DNA from: a virus
IMG/VR virus record: IMGVR_UViG_3300021420_000017
Span: 32,001 to 96,000 of that record
DNA: 64,000 nucleotides
Reading direction: 5' to 3' (one strand)
Below, piece by piece: positions 36,368 through 45,067 of this stretch. The notes under the pieces are model-generated. The model was not told the origin of the DNA. It ran no database searches and saw only the letters and a program-made list of their open reading frames with translations. The number at the start of each line of letters is the position of its first letter. The stretch's first letter is position 1. The position numbers and the translations under genes were made by a program.

Positions 36368-36576
36368 TGGAGATTACTTTCGAGCTGCCGGATAGATCGT
36401 GTCGAACTATGGAGATGCCGCTTGGTTTGCGTACTCCCTGCATAGGGGAGTATGTGGCTGGTATCCCCCGCACGGCACCCGGGACGAACTTCATCGTCGT
36501 TGATGTAGTTCAGGATTTCGGCCGAATGTATGAGGGCAGAGATGAAGAGCCTTTCGTTTATGTGAAGTTGCATTGA
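36367..36576 (+). CDS. Hypothetical protein (69 aa)
   Basis: TGATG coupling. Confidence 0.55.
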   Translation: MEITFELPDRSCRTMEMPLGLRTPCIGEYVAGIPRTAPGTNFIVVDVVQDFGRMYEGRDEEPFVYVKLH

Positions 36577-36586
36577 TCCGTGCTAC

Positions 36587-36631
36587 TTTTTACTCGCTGA
36601 CTGATCCGATACCCTTAGTCTGAGTCGCCAA
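36587..36631 (+). promoter_or_regulatory. Promoter plus GTCGCCAA box
   Basis: TTTTTA-CTCG, 17-bp spacer, TACCCT; box at 36624. Confidence 0.55.
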
Positions 36632-36650
36632 ACGATACAAAGGAGAACTG

Positions 36651-37346
36651 ATGACCCTGAACACCCGCATCGCGGTCCTGCAGCCTGTCCCAGTCAAAGA
36701 ACTGTTCGATTGGGTCAACACCAATCTGCTCAAGGCCGAGAACCCGATGACCTATGACGAGCAGGAACACGCACATGACTACGCCGCGTGGAAGGCGGCC
36801 GGTGGCGGGAAGGCAGATCTCCGGCAGTTCCAGATCCCGATCGAGGGCGCCCACTGGACCATGGGAAATCAGATGGGCCAAGGTTTCGCTGCGATCTTCG
36901 AGATCGAGTACCGCCCGGATGGTCCGCTCTACGCCGAAGATGAGTATTACTACGACGAGGATCGTTTCCCCGACCTGGCCGAGGCCAAGGGCTGGGATGC
37001 TTACCCGGCCTCGCAGATCCCCGAGGGTCAGCGAGGTCGGCTCGCTCACCCGGCCATGGCCATGCAGATCGTCTTCGACACTGGTTACAGCTACCAGCAC
37101 GAGACCATGGGTTTCGGTTGCGGCACGCTGCATGCGATCTACATCAACCTGATCGGGAGCTGGCTCGCTGAGCGCGGGGTGGGTTATCGCTGGTACAACG
37201 AGTTCAATGGAACCTGGAATGATGCTGGGACCGAGCAGAACCTGATCGGCGGCGGTGATGAGGCAAAAGCCTGGTTCGAGCGCGTGGTCAAGCCCGCGAT
37301 CATTGCCCGGGCTGTTCAGGACGGCGCGATGGCGAAGTTCCTCTGA
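36651..37346 (+). CDS. Hypothetical protein (231 aa)
   Basis: AAGGAG SD. Confidence 0.8.
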   Translation: MTLNTRIAVLQPVPVKELFDWVNTNLLKAENPMTYDEQEHAHDYAAWKAAGGGKADLRQFQIPIEGAHWTMGNQMGQGFAAIFEIEYRPDGPLYAEDEYYYDEDRFPDLAEAKGWDAYPASQIPEGQRGRLAHPAMAMQIVFDTGYSYQHETMGFGCGTLHAIYINLIGSWLAERGVGYRWYNEFNGTWNDAGTEQNLIGGGDEAKAWFERVVKPAIIARAVQDGAMAKFL

Positions 37347-38071
37347 TGGGTACCGATATCACTCTCTTCGTTGAGGTGCGCAAGAGCAAGGATGAGCCGT
37401 GGCAGAAGTTAGGGAAGCAGTTCCCGTATCCCTACTACAAACCCGAGCAAGAGTCTCTTACTGATCCCGATGGCTATGAATGGAATCCGCAGTTTAGCGA
37501 TCAGCCGTATCACGGGCACAACTATGATTTGTTCGCGGTGCTGGCTGATGTGCGTAACGGCCGTGGATTCGCCGGGGCGGTGACCGGCGAGCGAATCAAG
37601 CCGATCTCTGAGCCGCGCGGCATGCCGGACGACCTCTCGCCAGAGATGCGGAAGATCGCGGAGGAAGAGTTTTATCACAGCAGCTCATGGCTGATGCTGC
37701 GGGAGGTCTTGGATTACAACTGGGATGTGCCCAAGGTCAATACTGGCGTGCTACGAGCTGGTCAGTACGAAGCACTCAAGCGAGGCGTGAATCCTCAGTA
37801 TTGGTCTAGTGCAGTGAGCGGCCCAGGCAGCACGACCTACAGCGCAGTGGAGTACGAGGCCGGTCTTGCTGATGGCTCGATCGTCGTGGTCGAGGAGAAG
37901 TCGAAGGGTGACGTGCTGTTCGTGCGGTCCAACACCTACGTGCATACCAATTGGCTCCAAGAGGGCGGCCTGCGGGCGAGCATCGATGATGAGTGGTTCC
38001 GGATGACCTCGGGGCTCGCTGATGCCTATGGGCCGGACAACTGCCGTCTCGTGTTCGGGTTCGACTCCTGA
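37346..38071 (+). CDS. Conserved-type phage hypothetical protein (241 aa)
   Basis: MGTDI..VE...YDLFAVLADVRNG...PRGMPDD...RLVFGFDS. Confidence 0.8.
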   Translation: MGTDITLFVEVRKSKDEPWQKLGKQFPYPYYKPEQESLTDPDGYEWNPQFSDQPYHGHNYDLFAVLADVRNGRGFAGAVTGERIKPISEPRGMPDDLSPEMRKIAEEEFYHSSSWLMLREVLDYNWDVPKVNTGVLRAGQYEALKRGVNPQYWSSAVSGPGSTTYSAVEYEAGLADGSIVVVEEKSKGDVLFVRSNTYVHTNWLQEGGLRASIDDEWFRMTSGLADAYGPDNCRLVFGFDS

Positions 38072-38466
38072 TGGCCCGGGATGAGCCGGGCGGTATCACT
38101 GTCGAGGACATCCGGGCGATTGCTGCGCGCCTGAACGACTGGTGCGATGAGCAGAGTCCCGATCCGGGCGCGGTGACTGCGCTGGGTTCGATCGCAGGTG
38201 AGCTGACTGCGATGGTTCGCGCCTCGGCTGCGCGCGGTGAGTTCCGCAAGTCAGGACCTCCTGCGGTGCCTGAGTATTTCGATCCCGAGAGAGACATGCC
38301 GCCTGATGGAGCGGAGCTGCGTCGAGGGCGTTCGGTGATTCGTTACGAAGAATCACATTCGTGGTGGCAGGTTAGTCTGGGCGGCTTTATAGCGGGGCCT
38401 GTTGCGAGAACTTTCTCTCCCGAAGGTATCGAGATCGCCAAGCGCTGGGCGGCGCAACATGACTAG
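38071..38466 (+). CDS. Hypothetical protein (131 aa)
   Basis: TGATG coupling. Confidence 0.65.
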   Translation: MARDEPGGITVEDIRAIAARLNDWCDEQSPDPGAVTALGSIAGELTAMVRASAARGEFRKSGPPAVPEYFDPERDMPPDGAELRRGRSVIRYEESHSWWQVSLGGFIAGPVARTFSPEGIEIAKRWAAQHD

Positions 38467-38914
38467 ACAGCCTCTTCGGCCCATGCAGGATCTGATGATG
38501 GAGGTGCTGGCAGCCCGGCATAGGTTGGGTGAGCCCTTCTGGCCGATTGCCCAGTCCCCGGCCCACACGCTGACACTCAAGCAGCTCAAGAGCCTTGGGC
38601 TCGTGGAGTATGAGCATGGGCGCGCCTCGGGCTTCTGGGAGGCTCAGTTAACGCCCAGGGGACGCAGGGAGTACATGACTGGCTCCTACCGGTCGCCTGC
38701 TGCGACGATGATCTACGCGGTGAGTCGTCACACTCGCATCGGATCTCGCGAGCTTGAGGGGGTCTATTCCAACGTGGAGGCGGCGCAGGCAGCCTTTCCC
38801 AATGCAGTGTGGAATCACCACATTGGATATAAGCAGAGACAGGAGTGGACATGGGAGGTCGGCGACATGATCGATTCCGTTGTCCACATCAGAGAAGGAG
38901 TACTGCGGGGATGA
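38459..38914 (+). CDS. Hypothetical protein, N-terminal wHTH-like (151 aa)
   Basis: TLKQLKSLGLVEY...AQLTPRGR. Confidence 0.6.
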   Translation: MTRQPLRPMQDLMMEVLAARHRLGEPFWPIAQSPAHTLTLKQLKSLGLVEYEHGRASGFWEAQLTPRGRREYMTGSYRSPAATMIYAVSRHTRIGSRELEGVYSNVEAAQAAFPNAVWNHHIGYKQRQEWTWEVGDMIDSVVHIREGVLRG

Positions 38915-39201
38915 CCAAACCGACATGGGGCGATATGCGAGCCCAGAGAGATCCCGAATGGGACGCTGAGCAAGTAGCGAGGGTCGATCCCGAGGAGCCG
39001 GTAGAGGGGACGGTACTGCGCTTCACCAAGGCTCGCTGGGGCAAGCCCTATAGCTACGCGGCGATCAGGGCGGTGGATGTGTGGTATCTGACCAACGGTC
39101 AGCATTACCTCTGGCGCGAGCTGCTCGACTTCATCCAGAAGGGTGAGGATGTCGAGGTTGTGGTGGAGAAGTTCTTGCCTCATGCCCCGTCCGGAGATTG
39201 A
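38911..39201 (+). CDS. Actinophage hypothetical protein (96 aa)
   Basis: GTVLRFTK....YSYAAIR....WYLT. Confidence 0.65.
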   Translation: MTKPTWGDMRAQRDPEWDAEQVARVDPEEPVEGTVLRFTKARWGKPYSYAAIRAVDVWYLTNGQHYLWRELLDFIQKGEDVEVVVEKFLPHAPSGD

Positions 39202-39363
39202 GCGAAGTAAGGCTCAGATCGTCTTCTCCGGCGGCCCGTTGGATGGCTGCGAGGGAAAGGTGATGGGCTGGATGGAACATGCCGGGGTGATCGACTGCCA
39301 CCGGGCGGGACGCTACGTGCGCGACGGTTCTTATTGGGAATGGTTTTCAGATAGGAGCGATGA

Positions 39364-39789
39364 GTGACGGAACCTCGCTGCGGTTCGGTGATTGATCACG
39401 CACCGCACATGTTCATGATGATGCCTGGGCGCAAGTTCTCAACGTGTCCGGGCTCGGGGGAGGTCGCTCTCAGTCAGGTTGAGACGCCCCAGATCGCTCC
39501 TCTGGCCCAGTTGGAAGAGGCAGTGCGCTCAGTGCACATCGAGCATGCTCAGATGGCTCGCCTGCTGGTGACCTGTACCTGCCCGGAGCAGGCGGCCAAC
39601 GTGGAAGATTGTCCGGTCCACGGGGCCGTGAGGGCCTTCGATTCGCTGGCCGGGATTCTCAACGCCGCTCCCCGGCAACTGCGGGAGATCTTGGAGGACT
39701 ACGACCCCGATGAGGGATCGGTCGAGCTAGTGATCGAGCGTTTCGCTCAGTGGTTGGAGATAGCTGTGTCGCAAGCCCTGATCTACTAA
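39364..39789 (+). CDS. Hypothetical protein (141 aa)
   Basis: AGGAG SD; CTC..CPVHG. Confidence 0.65.
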   Translation: MTEPRCGSVIDHAPHMFMMMPGRKFSTCPGSGEVALSQVETPQIAPLAQLEEAVRSVHIEHAQMARLLVTCTCPEQAANVEDCPVHGAVRAFDSLAGILNAAPRQLREILEDYDPDEGSVELVIERFAQWLEIAVSQALIY

Positions 39790-39809
39790 CGGATAGGTAA
39801 GATACGAGG

Positions 39810-40049
39810 ATGGGTGAAGTCAAGATCATGGCAGAAGGAGACTCAGCACTTCTGGCGAAGCTCAAGGACACCTTCGAGCCCGCCAATGTTGAGTGGTTAA
39901 AGACAGAGTGCTGTCGTCGGTGTCGGCATACGACGCTCAAGGTGCCGAAGTTCAGCACTGACGGCAAGCTCATGATGATGGGCTGTCCTGAGTGCCAGTA
40001 CGTCAACATCGAAGACGTGCCTCGTGCGATTGTGAGAAAGACGACATGA
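39810..40049 (+). CDS. Zn-ribbon protein (79 aa)
   Basis: CCRRCRH...CPECQY. Confidence 0.6.
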   Translation: MGEVKIMAEGDSALLAKLKDTFEPANVEWLKTECCRRCRHTTLKVPKFSTDGKLMMMGCPECQYVNIEDVPRAIVRKTT

Positions 40050-40408
40050 CCGAAGCGGGATTGGATGCGGCGGCTTGGATTCAGTTGGCTGTAGGCGAGC
40101 TGGACTACCAGATCGATAACAAATGGCCTCCCCTCCGGAGAATGGCTTTCACGCAGAGCAACGCCAGAATGCGGAACTATCTCTCTAGCGCGAAAAGCGC
40201 CATCGAGGCCGAACAGGTGCAGGACGCAGGCGCGAAGTCTTCTCAGCAAGTCGCAGATACTGCGCTGCTCACCCGCGTGGCTGAATGCGTCGATCTGCTG
40301 GAACAGGCGATACAGCAAGGGGTCTATGCCAGCGGTGGTATCGAGAAGATGGTCGGAGAGGATACACTCCGACCGATCATTGAGAAGCTGCGCAGCAACC
40401 CGGAATGA
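40046..40408 (+). CDS. Hypothetical protein (120 aa)
   Basis: ATGA overlap. Confidence 0.6.
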   Translation: MTEAGLDAAAWIQLAVGELDYQIDNKWPPLRRMAFTQSNARMRNYLSSAKSAIEAEQVQDAGAKSSQQVADTALLTRVAECVDLLEQAIQQGVYASGGIEKMVGEDTLRPIIEKLRSNPE

Positions 40409-40620
40409 GCGTCGAGCACCTGCTGGACCAGGCCCAGAACGCAAGTAGGGCGATCGAGTTCTATGAGCAGATGATGCGCAACGCTGCTGAGGATCGGCGC
40501 GTGGCGATCCGCTCTCTGTGCACGCAACTGGGCATACGAGAGTCGTCTGAGTTACTGGGAGTATCAGTCGCCAGAGTGCGCAAGCTCATGGGCGAAGCGA
40601 GGATCGATCAGCTAATCTGA
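40405..40620 (+). CDS. HTH DNA-binding protein (71 aa)
   Basis: LGIRESSELLGVSVARVRKL. Confidence 0.7.
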   Translation: MSVEHLLDQAQNASRAIEFYEQMMRNAAEDRRVAIRSLCTQLGIRESSELLGVSVARVRKLMGEARIDQLI

Positions 40621-40673
40621 CAATGATCATTTGAAGTGATACGGTACGACCACCTACCCGAAGGAGAACAGAA

Positions 40674-41012
40674 GTGGCTTCAGTCAAGGTTCATGAACTC
40701 AAGTTCGGCGAGCTTCCTCGGATGCGAGACACAGCCGACAAGTGGGGCGGTCATGAGGACATCGCCGCCGCGCTCAAGGCCAACAAGGATGTCTGGACCT
40801 TGGTGGAACTCAAGGTCAAGACCGGGAAGGCAGTCCGGATCGCCACCCTGATCAAGACGGGTGTTGCTCCGGGATTTGCCGCTGACGAGATGGGTGAGTT
40901 TCAGGCATCTACTCGTCGGAGCAAGATCGAACCAGGCGCTGAAGGCACTGAAGAGGGGAAGTACTACGACGTCTACGCCCGGTATCACTTCACTGGGCCG
41001 ATCGTCAAGTAG
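40674..41012 (+). CDS. Hypothetical protein (112 aa)
   Basis: AAGGAG SD; YDVYARY. Confidence 0.7.
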   Translation: MASVKVHELKFGELPRMRDTADKWGGHEDIAAALKANKDVWTLVELKVKTGKAVRIATLIKTGVAPGFAADEMGEFQASTRRSKIEPGAEGTEEGKYYDVYARYHFTGPIVK

Positions 41013-41078
41013 GTAGGTACTGCTTCTCTTAGTCGGATCAGCCCGCAGAGGTATGGGCCAGCCGCTGAGAGAATAAAG

Positions 41079-41136
41079 GCGCGTTCCGTCCGGGTGCAGG
41101 ATGGTCGGGGGATCCCCGCCCCCGGGCGGAACGCGC
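41079..41136 (+). promoter_or_regulatory. Long RNA stem in an intergenic leader
   Basis: 16-bp stem GCGCGTTCCGTCCGGG / CCCGGGCGGAACGCGC with an internal CGGGG/CCCCG hairpin; GTCGCCAA at 41148. Confidence 0.6.
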
Positions 41137-41177
41137 GTTGTGTTTCCGTCGCCAAAACCCTTAAGGAGATACTCATC

Positions 41178-41627
41178 ATGACCGTGAGCCACCGTAGAGC
41201 GCGGCATTCCGCGATGCGCAAGATGCCGCTGGAGTTCCTATACTGCCGGGATCGCAGCATCGGCCACGACTGGGATGTGGGCCACCCCGAGACGACGTTC
41301 CAGTTCGGCGTGGTGACCAACCGCAAGGGCATGCAGGAGATCCTGCGCAAGTCCCGGTGCGAGCGCTGCCAGATGCTCCGAGAGGAGCACTTCAGCCACA
41401 TCGGGCCCAATGGCCGGGCCGTGAAGACGCACACCGTCTACACCGCCCCAGAGGGCTACAGCCTGCCCCAGGATCCGGATCTCGGGCCCGTGCGCTCAGC
41501 TGACGTCTGGGCCGAGCAGATGCGCCGGGCCAAGGTCAAGTTCGACCCGGCGAAGGTGACGGTCGCCCTAGGGGAAGAGACCGCCGCGCCGGTGCGCAAG
41601 ATTCGGCTCAAGAGTGTGAGCGCATGA
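41178..41627 (+). CDS. Hypothetical Zn-binding protein (149 aa)
   Basis: CRDRSIGHDW...CERCQ; TAAGGAG SD. Confidence 0.75.
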   Translation: MTVSHRRARHSAMRKMPLEFLYCRDRSIGHDWDVGHPETTFQFGVVTNRKGMQEILRKSRCERCQMLREEHFSHIGPNGRAVKTHTVYTAPEGYSLPQDPDLGPVRSADVWAEQMRRAKVKFDPAKVTVALGEETAAPVRKIRLKSVSA

Positions 41628-41761
41628 GCGCCAGGATCACCCTTCTTGCTGCCACCAAGTTCTATGAGCCCCCGGCGCACATACCGTGGTCGCCGGACTC
41701 CTCGGCCACTGGCGGGGAGGCATTGGCGGAGTTTGCCGGAAGAGCCTGTTCAACGAAATGA
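41624..41761 (+). pseudogene. thyX: Orphan 5' fragment of thyX (42 thyX codons, then STK-stop)
   Basis: MSARITLLAATKFYEPPAHIPWSPDSSATGGEALAEFAGRAC, matching the actinobacterial ThyX N-terminus. Confidence 0.85.
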
Positions 41762-42330
41762 GTTTGGGAACAGTAGTCTCGCCCATCCCCAATAAAACCT
41801 TGGCCGAACGTCTCAAGCGACGTTTGATCCGACAGCCGAACGGGTGCCTGGAGTGGGCCGGATACATCTGCTCCCAGACGGGGTATGGAAAGATAGCGAA
41901 TACTCCAGGGGCACCTATTTCAGTTCATGTAGCCGTATGGATCGTGCAGGTTGGCCCTGTACCTGCGGGGCTCGTAGTCAGGCACAAGTGCGACAACAGA
42001 GCGTGTGGTGATATAGACCACCTCCTGGTCGGTACTCAGGCAGATAATGTTCGAGACATGGTTAGTAGAGGACGTACTAATAACTATGTAGAAAACAAGG
42101 TGTGCCCTGCTGGTCATAAATATGATGAGCAAGACAGCGAAGGTTTCAGAGGTTGTTCGGTATGTAGATTACGGAGAGCCAGGAAAGCTTCATTACAGCG
42201 GAGGATCGCTAGAGGTAAGGTGCCGCTTGGTTCTTACTGTCATGGCTGTTGGTTTCTCTCTACGAGGTGTCAGTGCAGGACTCTGTTGTTAGGCAATCAT
42301 CTATTAGGGATAGAGAGTCACACCACATGA
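41758..42330 (+). mobile_element. Free-standing HNH homing endonuclease gene (190 aa)
   Basis: GCLEWAG...GYGKI...VHVAVW...VRHKCDNRAC..IDHL..GTQADN; low GC; ATGA-coupled at both ends. Confidence 0.9.
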
Positions 42331-43079
42331 AAGTAACTTTGATAGCGAAGACAGAACTACTGCTAGATGCGGTAGCGGATTCAATGCAGGGTTTTCGGCC
42401 GGATCGTGGAGGGGGCGAAGGATTAGCTGAGGCCGCAGGAAGGTCCTGCTACCAGTCCTGGGATAGGCCCAACCCAGCCACCGCGACCAATGCGGGCTAC
42501 CTGGCTCACATCCTCGACGTGGCTCACCTCAGCGTGCTGGAGCACGGGAGCGCGAGCTACTACATCGAGGGCATCAGTCGGTCATTGAGCCACGAACTGG
42601 TACGACACAGACATTTTAGTTACAGCCAGCTTTCGCAGAGATATGTCGATAGTAACGACGTTCAGTTTGTAATGCCTCCCGAGGTAGTAGGGAACCAGGA
42701 GATAGAGAACATTTTTCAGGCCAGCTTCGCGGGTCAGATGGACGATTACAGCGATCTCATGGAATACCTGGCGGACATGCTCATAGACGAGCCGGGCAGC
42801 AAGACCGAGAAGCGCAAGCGGGCCCGTCAGACTGCCCGCGCGGTGCTGGGCAACTTCACCGAGACCAAGATCGTGGTCACCGGCAACTACCGGGCCTGGC
42901 GGCACTTCGTGCACATGCGGGCCACCGCTGGGGCGGATACCGAGATCCGCGCGCTGGCCATTCAGATCCTGCGCTCACTGCAGACCGTGGTTGCGCCGAA
43001 CGTGTTCAGCGACTTCGTGATCGAGCCTTACCTGGACACTGAGATCGCCACGTCGAGCAAGGGCGCCGAGTTCGAGTGA
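42327..43079 (+). CDS. thyX: Flavin-dependent thymidylate synthase ThyX (250 aa)
   Basis: GRSCYQSW; SVLEH; SRSLSHELVRHRHFSYSQLSQRYV; TGNYRAWRHF; EIR. Confidence 0.95.
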   Translation: MKVTLIAKTELLLDAVADSMQGFRPDRGGGEGLAEAAGRSCYQSWDRPNPATATNAGYLAHILDVAHLSVLEHGSASYYIEGISRSLSHELVRHRHFSYSQLSQRYVDSNDVQFVMPPEVVGNQEIENIFQASFAGQMDDYSDLMEYLADMLIDEPGSKTEKRKRARQTARAVLGNFTETKIVVTGNYRAWRHFVHMRATAGADTEIRALAIQILRSLQTVVAPNVFSDFVIEPYLDTEIATSSKGAEFE

Positions 43080-44116
43080 AGACTGCCATGATTGGGCACG
43101 CCCATGAGGGCAAGCCGCTGATGGTGCTCACCAAAGACACCGACCTCACACTCGATGAGGCACTGGCTGGCCGGATCTTGCAGACCGAGGTCGGCTCGAC
43201 CCTGTACGGCGTGAGTGTCGAAGGCACCGACGATCGAGACGAGATGGGTATCTGCGTCGAGCCGCCTGATTACGTGGTCGGGCTGAAGCGCTTCGAGCAC
43301 TTGATCGTGCGCACCCAGCCAGACGGTGCGCGCTCGGGACCGGGCGATCTGGATCTGACCCTTTACAGCCTGCGCAAGTGGATGAAGCTCGCACTGGCGG
43401 GCAATCCGACCGTGCTCATGCCCCTGTTCGCGCCGGAGCCGAACTCGGTGATGGTCAACTCCGATGCGGGTCGAGCCCTGCGGGCCAATGCTCACCGCTT
43501 CGTCTCGGAGAGGGCCGCAGGATCCTTCCTGGGCTACATGACCAGTCAGCGAGCACAGCTCACTGGCGAGCGCCCGAGGAAGCATACCAATAGGCCTGAA
43601 CTGATCGAAAAGTATGGGTATGACACAAAGTTTGCATACCATACCATTCGTATAGGTCTTCAGGGTATTGAGTTCCTGAAGACCGGGCATATCACTCTCC
43701 CTATCCCCGAGTCGTCTCGCGAGAGACTATTGGATCTGCGCATGGGAGCTTTCGACCTGGAAGTCGCTCTGACCTGGATGCGAGCCGTCGAGGTGGGGCT
43801 GGTGAATGCCGCTGAGGGAGTGGCTGGCCAGCGAGCCGACCACGAGTGGGCCGACGAGTTCTTGACAACGCTTGGGGCTGGTGACATGACTGATCAGAAT
43901 GGAACCTACGATCCAGACGCGATTCTGTCCGATCCGAACTCGCTCCAGGTGCATCGGATGTATGCCGAGATCAATGTCGGCATACGGGATCGAGGCGAGC
44001 AGTGGAGTAAGTGCGCGAACTGCGGTGAGCCGTATCAGTGGACTGAGGACTGGAGCGAGTCGACAGTGTGCTCCCAGCGCTGCTTCGATGAGTTCTCCGC
44101 GTCTCTGTTTGAATGA
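43076..44116 (+). CDS. Pol-beta-superfamily nucleotidyltransferase (RlaP/NrdC.11-like) with a fused C-terminal Zn domain
   Basis: GSTLYG....DDRDEMG; YSLRKW..LAL.GNP; YDTKFAYH.IR. Confidence 0.85.
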   Translation: MKTAMIGHAHEGKPLMVLTKDTDLTLDEALAGRILQTEVGSTLYGVSVEGTDDRDEMGICVEPPDYVVGLKRFEHLIVRTQPDGARSGPGDLDLTLYSLRKWMKLALAGNPTVLMPLFAPEPNSVMVNSDAGRALRANAHRFVSERAAGSFLGYMTSQRAQLTGERPRKHTNRPELIEKYGYDTKFAYHTIRIGLQGIEFLKTGHITLPIPESSRERLLDLRMGAFDLEVALTWMRAVEVGLVNAAEGVAGQRADHEWADEFLTTLGAGDMTDQNGTYDPDAILSDPNSLQVHRMYAEINVGIRDRGEQWSKCANCGEPYQWTEDWSESTVCSQRCFDEFSASLFE

Positions 44117-44400
44117 GCGGCATGACGGACTCTGATCTTCCGGATTGGGTGGTCTTTCGCTTCAGCGACGATATGCCCGTGTCTCATCGGCCGCCGGACC
44201 TAGATGGGCTCTGGATCGATCGAAATGACGTGCCTTCGACGCAGTCCATCGAGGCCGCGCGTCGAGCCAGCGAGCAGGGGCGCCGCTATCTTGTAGGAGA
44301 GGCGGTTGCACATCCGACCGAGCGGCTGGAAGTCAGCGAGGACGGTCGGGTCGCGCAGGTCTGGGAGATCCGACCGCTCTGGAAGAGTGACGAGCAGTAG
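44113..44400 (+). CDS. Hypothetical protein (95 aa)
   Basis: ATGA overlap. Confidence 0.6.
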   Translation: MSGMTDSDLPDWVVFRFSDDMPVSHRPPDLDGLWIDRNDVPSTQSIEAARRASEQGRRYLVGEAVAHPTERLEVSEDGRVAQVWEIRPLWKSDEQ

Positions 44401-44407
44401 GAGATTT

Positions 44408-44989
44408 GTGAGCGGGCTTCAGGATGGTTTCGGTGACGGGCTCACTGTCACCGAGCGGATCGAGCAGTTGGACCGGCTCAATCGCATCAGGGCGGCCGAG
44501 CACGCTCATCCCCAGGCCGAGTCTGATGATCTGACTCAAGAGGGCCGCATTGTGGTCTGGGAGGTCGCGAGCAAGCGTCCTGAGTCGACGCGGGAGTACC
44601 TGAGCGCCGCTGCCGCGATGCGGATCCGGGAGGTCGCCAACCGCCAGACCTGGACGGGTCACACCCGGGCTCATGGCCAGCCCACCGATCCGCTGCGCAA
44701 CCGGGCGAAGGAGAGCCTGGATGATCCGGACTACACCCTGATCGAGGCCCTGCAGGCGCCTGCGTGGCTGGCGGCGGCCGAGCTGGCCTACCACCACGGG
44801 GAGATCCTGGACGCAATCAACGCTCTGCCCCCGGCTCACCGAGATTATGTCTACCTGCGCTTCTGGGGCGGCTATTCCAACCCCGAGATCGCACCCCTGA
44901 TCCAACGCGACGCGGGCAACCTAGCCCGGATGTGGACTCACTCGATCGCGCCCGCGCTGGCCGCTCAGTTGGCCCATCTCGCCGGATAA
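44408..44989 (+). CDS. Phage sigma-70/ECF-like sigma factor (193 aa)
   Basis: Region 2 DDLTQEGRIVVWE; region 4 ALPPAHRDYVYLRFWGGYSNPEIA; AGGAG SD. Confidence 0.8.
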   Translation: MSGLQDGFGDGLTVTERIEQLDRLNRIRAAEHAHPQAESDDLTQEGRIVVWEVASKRPESTREYLSAAAAMRIREVANRQTWTGHTRAHGQPTDPLRNRAKESLDDPDYTLIEALQAPAWLAAAELAYHHGEILDAINALPPAHRDYVYLRFWGGYSNPEIAPLIQRDAGNLARMWTHSIAPALAAQLAHLAG

Positions 44990-45067
44990 AGAGAAACTTC
45001 AACTGGTTAATATTTCATATTGGCATTACCATTCTGACTTATCAGCCTCGATCGAGATGAGATTCCC

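Noticed and set aside
41749-42450. Group I intron in thyX
   Set aside because: No U-ending 5' exon and omega-G pair restores the frame, no P/Q/R/S core is seen, and the downstream thyX has its own complete N-terminus.
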